44,882 bases of DNA. Origin: Deltaproteobacteria bacterium (lineage in GTDB: Bacteria > Bdellovibrionota_F > JAHFAK01). Where the stretch lies: positions 1 to 44,882 of the forward strand of contig JAHFAK010000004.1 in NCBI GenBank assembly GCA_023250585.1. Reading direction: 5' to 3'. How positions within the stretch are numbered: position 1 is the stretch's first letter; every line of letters begins with the position of its first letter. Shown here piece by piece: positions 38,113 through 44,882 of the stretch. The translations under genes were made by a program, and so were the position numbers. Under the pieces are notes generated by a model. It was not told where the DNA came from. It was given only the letters and a program-made list of their open reading frames with translations, and made no database searches.

Positions 38113-39006
38113 TTAATAATCGCGTTGTATAATGAATTCAGCTATTTTTTCAAGTATTGTTGTATCAGCATCGATCTTGCGAAGAGAATCGATAGCAATT
38201 CTTAAACATTCTTTTGATTCGATTTTAGATGCTTCAAGGCCTAAGAGTTTAGGAAAGGTAGTTTTCTCTTTTGCTATATCACTTTTTTGATCTTTGCCGA
38301 TTTTTTTACTGCCTTCAATATCAAGTACATCATCTTTTATTTGAAATGCTAAACCAATTGATTGCCCAAAATGTGCTAAATGTTCTTTTGTCTTTGCATC
38401 TTTGCCGGCAAGGGTTGCCCCAATAAGTACTGACGCTTCAATGAGTTTGCCGGTTTTTAACGTGTGAAGTGTCTTGAGTTTATCTAATGGTATATCTTTT
38501 GCTTCATAGAAGAGATCAAGAACTTGACCTCCAACCATACCATGATATCCAGAGCCATGTGACAAGAGTTTAATACATTCAATTTTGATTTCAGCATCAA
38601 AATATGGACATGAGGCAATTTGATTAAAAGCTTCGGTTTGAAGAGCATCAGAGGCAAGAAGAGCTGCTGCTTCACCAAATTGTTTATGATTTGTTGGGTT
38701 CCCTCGCCGTAAATCATCATCGTCCATACAGGGTAAATCATCTTGCATAAGTGAATAGCAATGAATGAGTTCTAAGCTTGCAGCAATTTGAATTGCATGT
38801 GTTGAATTATTTCCAAAAGCCTCGTAAGTGGCAAGACATACTATAGGACGAATTCTCTTTCCGTTTGCGAGGAGGCTATAGTGAATACTCTCGATTAATT
38901 GCTGTAAATCATGAATCCGTGTTCCAAAAATTTTTTTTAAGTGAATATCTATTACTTCCTTCTTGATTGCTAGGTAGGAAGTAATAGAGAAAGGGTTAGT
39001 TGGCAT
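38113..39006 (-). CDS. ispA: Farnesyl/geranyl diphosphate synthase
   Basis: GKRIRP, DDLPCMDDDDLRRG, FQIKDDVLD. Confidence 0.93.
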   Translation of the reverse strand: MPTNPFSITSYLAIKKEVIDIHLKKIFGTRIHDLQQLIESIHYSLLANGKRIRPIVCLATYEAFGNNSTHAIQIAASLELIHCYSLMQDDLPCMDDDDLRRGNPTNHKQFGEAAALLASDALQTEAFNQIASCPYFDAEIKIECIKLLSHGSGYHGMVGGQVLDLFYEAKDIPLDKLKTLHTLKTGKLIEASVLIGATLAGKDAKTKEHLAHFGQSIGLAFQIKDDVLDIEGSKKIGKDQKSDIAKEKTTFPKLLGLEASKIESKECLRIAIDSLRKIDADTTILEKIAEFIIQRDY

Positions 39007-39220
39007 CAGGGAAGTCCTCTTCTTTTACTTCTCCATTCGCAGCCGTTTGTAAAATGGTAATTTTTTTTGATGTTGCATCAAGAATAGCATTACACTCATT
39101 TACAAGCTTAATTCCCAGTTCGTATTTTTTAATAGATTCTTCAAGATCGAGTTCATCTTTTTCCAGGAAACTTACGATTGATTCAAGTTCTTTTACTTTT
39201 TCTTCAAATTTTGACGCCAT
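38996..39220 (-). CDS. xseB: Exodeoxyribonuclease VII small subunit
   Basis: FEE...LESIV..LE..ELDLEESIKKYELG; canonical position before ispA-dxs. Confidence 0.92.
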   Translation of the reverse strand: MASKFEEKVKELESIVSFLEKDELDLEESIKKYELGIKLVNECNAILDATSKKITILQTAANGEVKEEDFPDAN

Positions 39221-39323
39221 AATTTTTTCAGAATCCTTAAGAAAAAACTTTTAGTGTATCTATTTACAGAAGTCAATTTTTCTTGATGATCTGTATAGTA
39301 GACATCATTTAGAGACAATTGCT

Positions 39324-40691
39324 TTACTTCTGAGTCAGTAATTCAAAATATTTTACAAATGCTTTGACGCCTCCTTGAATTTGCTCCCAGGCAAAGGATT
39401 CATCTGGCCCATGGTAACCATCTGAAGGAAGGCTAAGACCCATAAACAGAATTGGTTTTTGGAGTATTTTATCCATTGAGGCAACTGCACCTATGGATCC
39501 TCCTTCGTGAACTTCTGCTGGGCTTATACCAAATGCAAAGTGTAAAGCTTCTTTTATTTTATTCCGCAAAGGAAGATCTCTCGGAGCTGCATAGGGTGCC
39601 AGTACAGCTTCTTTAATAACTTCAATATCAGGATTGAGCTTGTGAATATAATTTTTAAATAAAGTGAAGATTTCATCGGGATTTTGAGGTGGAACTAAAC
39701 GGAAGCTTACTTTAGCTTCCCCCTGTGGAGGGACAACCGTTTTTACTCCTGCTTCTTGATAGCCTCCGGCTATTCCATGGACTTCAAAGGTAGGCATGGC
39801 CCAAATTCGTTCGACAACATCGGAAAGTTTTTCATATCGTAAGTGTGATAATCCAAGGGCTTTTTTAAAATTTTCAACGGTAAAGCCTGATTGTACAAAA
39901 TGTTCTCGTTCTTCATCACTAATTCTTGTCCATGTTTTTTCGAAGCCAGGAATGGTAATATTTCCCGTTTTTGCATCAAAGCACTGCGAAATTACTGCGA
40001 TGAGTTCTGCGAGTGGATTTCGTGCTGCCCCGCCGCCTACACCCGAATGAACATCTTTTGCGCCTGTTTGCAATTTCATAATAATGGTAAGAAGGCCTCG
40101 TAAACCCATAGTGACTGAAGGTTTACCGCGATCAATCCAAATAGTATCGGATACAAGAATGGAATCCGCTTTAATAGTGGTTTTTGCTTTCTCAAGAAAT
40201 TCCATAAAATGGGGGCTTCCAATTTCTTCTTCGAGTTCCCAAATGAATTCAATATTGATCGGCAGTTTCAGTGCTCGTGCAATTTTTGCTGCCCAGAATG
40301 CAGTCATGGCAGGACCTTTATCATCGGTTGTACCACGTGAATAGAAACGACCTTCATGTTCGGTAAACGTAAAAGGTTCGCGCGTCCATCCATCTTTACC
40401 TTTTGTTGCAGGCTGGACATCGAGATGATTATAAATTGCCACGGTAGGAGCATTATCGCTGTAATGAAAATGTCCGAATACGATGGGATTGCCTTTCGTC
40501 GCATATACCGTAACTTCGGCGCCGGCTTGTTTTAAAAACTCGCGTGCAATGCGAGCTGTTTCTTCAATATCTTTTTTGTGTTCAGGATGTGAACTAATTG
40601 AAGGGCTCTCGACTATTTTTTTATAATCAGCTAAAAATACTTTTCGTTCCTTTTCAATCAATTCATCAATACGTTTATGATCAATACCCAT
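39324..40691 (-). CDS. M20/M25/M40 family metallopeptidase (dipeptidase)
   Basis: YNHLDVQP, RGTTDDKG, EEEIGS, GGSI, HGPDE. Confidence 0.92.
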   Translation of the reverse strand: MGIDHKRIDELIEKERKVFLADYKKIVESPSISSHPEHKKDIEETARIAREFLKQAGAEVTVYATKGNPIVFGHFHYSDNAPTVAIYNHLDVQPATKGKDGWTREPFTFTEHEGRFYSRGTTDDKGPAMTAFWAAKIARALKLPINIEFIWELEEEIGSPHFMEFLEKAKTTIKADSILVSDTIWIDRGKPSVTMGLRGLLTIIMKLQTGAKDVHSGVGGGAARNPLAELIAVISQCFDAKTGNITIPGFEKTWTRISDEEREHFVQSGFTVENFKKALGLSHLRYEKLSDVVERIWAMPTFEVHGIAGGYQEAGVKTVVPPQGEAKVSFRLVPPQNPDEIFTLFKNYIHKLNPDIEVIKEAVLAPYAAPRDLPLRNKIKEALHFAFGISPAEVHEGGSIGAVASMDKILQKPILFMGLSLPSDGYHGPDESFAWEQIQGGVKAFVKYFELLTQK

Positions 40692-40712
40692 ATAGACTCC
40701 TTTGTATATGTT

Positions 40713-40826
40713 ATGAGAGGTTATATATTCTTTTTTTGTTTTATATCGATCGCGCTTACCCCGTTCTTAGTATTTTTATGGAAGCGACGTCGATATAAAA
40801 CAAAAAAAGAATATATAACCTCTCAT
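40713..40826. repeat. Long hairpin element, family 1, copy 3
   Basis: 37-bp perfect inverted arms 40713-40749/40790-40826 around a 40-nt core homologous to copies 1 and 2. Confidence 0.95.
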
Positions 40827-40939
40827 TGAGCAGCTTCTACATAAATTATCTATATTTTTCTTGCAATTCTTTTTTTATCAATTTAATTACACAATAACTA
40901 CTGCGTGAAATGAAACATAATAAGGAGGCATTTCATTAA

Positions 40940-41868
40940 ATGAGTAAAAAAGGTTATACCCTCATGATCATTCCTGATAAAGGCACCAGAACAATAAAAA
41001 ACATTTCTCTTTCTCCTCGTATTATTACAATGCTTAAGCTTTCAGGCATACTGATAGGCTTTTGTCTTTTGGTTTCACTATTCGCTATATATCAAGGTTT
41101 GGAATATAAAAACGGATATGATCGAGTAAATAACGAGAATAAAGATCTCCGTGAAAATGTTGTGGCAATTCAGTATCAATTAAAGTCGATTGAGCGATCA
41201 TTTAATCGCATTAATGAATTTTCTAAAAAAGTAAAAATGTTAACAGACCTCGATAATGATTCTAAACAGCTTATGGCAATTGGTCCGTTAACCGAAGAAG
41301 ATGAATTAGCAATGTCTTTGCAAAAAAAAAAGTTTTAGAGGGATCGGTTCTTCCAAAAATTGATCATCTTATTGATCGTGCGAACGATCTTAATACTATT
41401 TCAGTTAATCTGTCAGAAAAATTAAATGGCTTGTATAATAATCTTAAAAATCGCGAAAAACTCTTAAAAGCTCTTCCAACGCTCTGGCCATCAAAAGGTT
41501 GGGTAAGTTCTGGTTATGGTTATCGGGAGAGCCCATTTACTGGAGCCGTTGCCATGCATGATGGGTTAGACATTGTTGCATCTGTGGGAGATAGCGTCTG
41601 TGCTCCTTCAGACGGCGTTGTATCTTTTACTGCTGAATTACCTGCCTATGGAAAAATACTCTATATTCAACATGGATATGGCATTGAAACTCGTTATGCT
41701 CATTTAAGTGCGATTTTGGTAAAAGCAGGACAGAAAATTCATCGAGGAGATAAGATTGCCCTCATCGGAAATACCGGGCGAAGTACGGGCCCACATTTGC
41801 ATTATGAAACACGAGTGAAAGCAGTGCCAAAAAATCCGCTGAGCTTTATCTTGGAAGAAATGCAATAA
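40940..41868 (+). pseudogene. M23-family peptidase (TM/coiled-coil + LytM domain) split by a -1 frameshift at an A10 run
   Basis: 40940-41338 encodes the TM and coiled-coil N-half; the -1 frame is open 41305-41868 with HDGLD, YAHL and STGPHLHYE; may be a slippage-expressed gene or a sequencing error. Confidence 0.7.
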
Positions 41869-41870
41869 CA

Positions 41871-42281
41871 TTACTTCTTCCATTCGAAACCACATTCACG
41901 ACAGCGCCATTTTTTCTTGAGATAGGGAATAGGGAAAGTCAAAAGAAGCCATGATAAAAATGCAATCCGTTTGGAAAATTTTTCAAAGCTTGTATTCTCT
42001 GAACCACACTGAGGACATTTTATAATATCATATTCATTTTCCGTGAGCTCACCTTTGTAATTTTCATTAAGAATTTCTTTAGCTCGATCTTCGTCTTCTT
42101 TGCGTACAAGAAGTTTTGCTCCACCTACTGCGCCAGAGAGAAGCCAATTCATACTTACAATGTTTTCATTTGAAATAAAAACTTCGATGCTATCCGCCTC
42201 CAACCTCGTTTTTGCAAGTTGTGCTTCTATTACTTGACTAAATGTAGCAATAGTCACCAGTTGTTCTTTTGAAGTTTTCAT
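41871..42281 (-). CDS. DUF2007-like (putative signal-transducing) protein with C-terminal zinc ribbon
   Basis: EAQLAKTRLEADSI...LLVRKEDEDRAKEIL; CPQC...CREC. Confidence 0.75.
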   Translation of the reverse strand: MKTSKEQLVTIATFSQVIEAQLAKTRLEADSIEVFISNENIVSMNWLLSGAVGGAKLLVRKEDEDRAKEILNENYKGELTENEYDIIKCPQCGSENTSFEKFSKRIAFLSWLLLTFPIPYLKKKWRCRECGFEWKK

Positions 42282-42324
42282 ATTGTAAAGTACCCTACTT
42301 TATTTTATATATAGAATATCTTCT

Positions 42325-43230
42325 ATGAAAAAACAAGAATTTGGCTATCTCGTATTATTATTCCTTACTGCATTTGTTTGGGGAGCTACATTTATTCTTG
42401 TTAAATGGACTGTTTCTGAAATGGATGTGTATTATTATCTTTTTTTAAGATTTTTCGTGGCATTTGTCTCACTTCTTATTTTTTATCCAAAGCAATTTTT
42501 TCGTGTAGATAAAAAAACTATTCGATCTGCTTTTATTTTAGGGGTACTTCTATTCTCTGCGTATGCAGCTCAAACGGAAGGATTGCGTTTTACCCCTGCA
42601 ACTCATTCAGCGCTGATTTCAGGGCTCTATTTAATTTTTATTCCTTTTTTTTCATTTCTGTTGTTGCGTCAACATGTTCCACTGCCCGCGTTTTTTGGTG
42701 CGCTAATTTCTTTTGTTGGCCTCTATTTTCTTACTCAATATAGTTATACAGGAATTAATGTCGGTGATGGATTAACGCTTTTGTCAGCGTTTATTTATAC
42801 CTGGCATATATTATTTACCGGTAAAGTTGCGAAAGAACATTCTATTCGAGCACTCGTGCTCTGGCAGTTTTTCTTTATAACTCTTCTGAGTGGCAGTATT
42901 GCCGCTGCAAAAGGAGAATTTATTTTTACCTTTTCTTCTTTAGCACTCCTCACAATTTTTATTACAGGAATTTTTGCAACGAGCTTTGCTTTTATTATTC
43001 AAACTGCAGCACAGCGGATTATTGAACCAACGAGAATTGGAATCATCTTTGCTCTTGAAGGTGCGATAGGCGCATATTTTGCCTGGGCCTTTGGGGGTGA
43101 GACACTTTCATTCATTTCATTCATGGGGGCATGTTTCATGGTTTTTGGCGTTATGATATCTGAATTATCAATGTTTTTTTTCATACTCTGTCGTAGGGGG
43201 AAAAAGATACTATGCATGAAACCTTTATGA
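42325..43230 (+). CDS. DMT/EamA family transporter
   Basis: VWGATF...RF, about ten TM helices, GD.LTL. Confidence 0.9.
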   Translation: MKKQEFGYLVLLFLTAFVWGATFILVKWTVSEMDVYYYLFLRFFVAFVSLLIFYPKQFFRVDKKTIRSAFILGVLLFSAYAAQTEGLRFTPATHSALISGLYLIFIPFFSFLLLRQHVPLPAFFGALISFVGLYFLTQYSYTGINVGDGLTLLSAFIYTWHILFTGKVAKEHSIRALVLWQFFFITLLSGSIAAAKGEFIFTFSSLALLTIFITGIFATSFAFIIQTAAQRIIEPTRIGIIFALEGAIGAYFAWAFGGETLSFISFMGACFMVFGVMISELSMFFFILCRRGKKILCMKPL

Positions 43231-43682
43231 GAATGGCAATTGAAAAAGCACGGGAGGGAATAAAAAAAGACCAGAGTCCCTTTGGAGCGTGTATTGTTGG
43301 GAATAACGAAAAAGTGGTAAGTATCGCTCATAATGAAGTGTGGCAAACAACTGATAGTACAGCCCATGCTGAAGTACAAGCAATTCGATATGCATGCAAA
43401 AAATTAAAAACAATTAATTTGTCTGGCTGTTCATTGTATTCTACATGTGAGCCTTGTCCTATGTGTTTTAGCGCTATTCATTGGGCACGAATTGATACAA
43501 TTTATTTTGGAGTTCACATTGAAGATGCACAAAAAACAGGTTTTAATGAGCTGAGCATTTCAAATGAATCTATGAAATCGATGAGTGGAAGCACTATAAA
43601 AATTTATTCTGGTTTACGTGCCGACGAAGTCAAAAATCTTTTTGCAGAATGGATGAAGAATTCCAATAAAAAGACGTATTGA
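43212..43682 (+). CDS. Nucleoside/guanine deaminase (cytidine-deaminase fold)
   Basis: PFGA, AHAE, EPCPMC. Confidence 0.9.
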   Translation: MHETFMRMAIEKAREGIKKDQSPFGACIVGNNEKVVSIAHNEVWQTTDSTAHAEVQAIRYACKKLKTINLSGCSLYSTCEPCPMCFSAIHWARIDTIYFGVHIEDAQKTGFNELSISNESMKSMSGSTIKIYSGLRADEVKNLFAEWMKNSNKKTY

Positions 43683-43710
43683 AGGGGTAGAGAATATATC
43701 TGCACCCCTT
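43682..43710. terminator. Putative hairpin between convergent genes
   Basis: AAGGGGT...ACCCCTT inverted repeat directly after the stop codon. Confidence 0.4.
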
Positions 43711-43721
43711 AGAGCATCATT

Positions 43722-44426
43722 TTATGATTGGCTTTTGATTCTTTGTAATTCAGATTCAAAATATTCTGGGCTACGACTCTTAGCTTTTTTCCCATTAATA
43801 TAAACCATTGGAGTTCCGGTAACGTCTGCATTTCTGCCGTCCGTAAAATCTTTATTAATTTGTTCATTAACCGCTTCGTCTTTAAGATCTTTTTCGAACT
43901 TCTTCATATTGAGGCCAATTTTTTTTGCGATAGAATTAATTGTTGTAGGAGAAAGATCCCTTTGGTTTTTAAAGAGTTCATCATGCATTTGCCAGAATTT
44001 TCCTTGACGATGAGCTGCAAGAGCCGCGAGAGCTGCAGGACGAGCATTTTGATGGAAGCTTAAAGGAAATTGTTTAAAAACAAGTTTAACATCTTGTTGG
44101 TGTTTATTAACAAAGTCCATGAGAGCAGTAGCTGCTTGACCACAAAATGGACATTGAAAATCAGAAAATATCACCATGGTCATTTTTGCGTCTTTACCAC
44201 CTGTAACAGGGCTTCCTTCTGTAGGAATCGTATACTCTTTGTCAAAGTCTATTGGTGGACGTTCTGGCATTTGAGGCCGTGTAACTTGTTTGGTGATTTC
44301 TCCTACTTTTTTTTCGAGAGTTTCAACCTTTGTTGAAAGTTCATCAACCTTTTTTTCAAGCTTTGCTGTACAGCCTACAAGAGAGAATGCGAACAGCATA
44401 ATAAAAACATAAGAAAACTTTTTCAT
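43722..44426 (-). CDS. DsbA-family thioredoxin-fold lipoprotein
   Basis: Lipobox LVGC; FSDFQCPFC, FPLSFH, GTP cis-Pro motif; AGGAGG RBS. Confidence 0.9.
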   Translation of the reverse strand: MKKFSYVFIMLFAFSLVGCTAKLEKKVDELSTKVETLEKKVGEITKQVTRPQMPERPPIDFDKEYTIPTEGSPVTGGKDAKMTMVIFSDFQCPFCGQAATALMDFVNKHQQDVKLVFKQFPLSFHQNARPAALAALAAHRQGKFWQMHDELFKNQRDLSPTTINSIAKKIGLNMKKFEKDLKDEAVNEQINKDFTDGRNADVTGTPMVYINGKKAKSRSPEYFESELQRIKSQS

Positions 44427-44558
44427 AAAACCTCCTGAATATTTTATTTTAAAACAATACGTAAGTTTACACTCTCTAAATGAAAAATCAAATATACAAA
44501 TTTTACAAGTTTAAGTAATGGTCAAAAAGGAGAGATTGTAAGCAAATGAATAAAAAAA

Positions 44559-44634
44559 TCGGGGTGAGAGGATTTGAACCTCCGGCCCCCTGCTCCCAAG
44601 GCAGGTGCGCTAAACCAGGCTGCGCTACACCCCG
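44559..44634 (-). tRNA. tRNA-Pro (TGG), CCA not encoded
   Basis: CGGGGTGTAGCGCAGCCTGG...CCTGC-CTTGGGA-GCAGG...GGTTCAAATCC...CACCCCGA. Confidence 0.96.
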
Positions 44635-44799
44635 TAAAATATATGGTATGAATATAAAAAAGGCCTACCGAAAGCGATAGGCCCAGTGCTAAAACTATAT
44701 CCTTAAACAAAGGATTCACCATTTTTACTTGGTTGCCTTCTGAATTTCAAGAAAATTTTCTATAAAGCTCTCTTGACAATTATAAAGAGCGAGATAAAA

Positions 44800-44882
44800 A
44801 TGAGTACAAGAACAAAGAAATTTAGTATGGATTACAATAATTTACTTGAATTTGCCCTCATATCATTTACCTCTATATTTGG
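44800..44882 (+). CDS. 5' end of a probable membrane protein (possibly MarC family), truncated by the window edge
   Basis: Open frame MSTRTKKFSMDYNNLLEFALISFTSIF (second ATG at 44827) downstream of TTGACA. Confidence 0.4.
   Translation, partial: MSTRTKKFSMDYNNLLEFALISFTSIF

Noticed and set aside
40598-40798. 66-aa ORF crossing hairpin copy 3, and possible coding by the hairpin cores
   Set aside because: It is antisense to the M20 gene, and copy 3's core carries a 1-nt insertion relative to the other copies, so no shared reading frame is maintained.
2932-40826. Family-1 hairpins as CRISPR repeats or integron attC sites
   Set aside because: The copies are isolated and 16-22 kb apart with no repeat-spacer array. 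I see no cas or intI gene, and no RYYYAAC/GTTRRRY attC ends.
1315-44336. Numerous 60-170 aa ORFs antisense or out of frame inside recognised genes (e.g. 9982-10482, 21876-22385, 42999-43379)
   Set aside because: They are shadow ORFs of well-supported genes, with no recognisable motifs.
44522-44722. 66-aa ORF on the minus strand
   Set aside because: It overlaps the tRNA-Pro gene and is spurious.

Overview
AT-rich bacterial chromosomal window. The gene order nusA-infB-DUF503-rbfA-DHH-truB and the xseB-ispA-dxs cluster suggest a Deltaproteobacteria/Myxococcota/Bdellovibrionota-type organism (inference). Most genes are housekeeping: parA-like, mutL, pgsA-like, translation operon, glmU N-domain, gltA, icd, pckA, dxs, ispA, xseB, dsbA-like and tRNA-Pro(TGG). 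Accessory genes include an FG-GAP lipoprotein, an 850-aa orphan lipoprotein, an HTH+nucleotidyltransferase pair, an MNT-HEPN pair, an OmpA-vWA protein, an AAA+ DUF4143 ATPase and an AddB-like nuclease. The most striking unexplained structure is non-coding. Three long hairpins (2932-3058, 24828-24958, 40713-40826) each have 37-46 bp perfect inverted arms that differ between copies, around a highly conserved 39-40 nt asymmetric core, and all three sit between divergent genes. A second, unrelated palindromic family occurs twice (6936-7069, 20712-20833). No transposase or recombinase is present in the window. Also seen: an unannotated 21-aa Lys-rich gene with a consensus promoter and RBS, an M23 peptidase split at an A10/A_AAA_AAG site, a sigma-54 promoter, and several apparently leaderless genes with palindromic operators.
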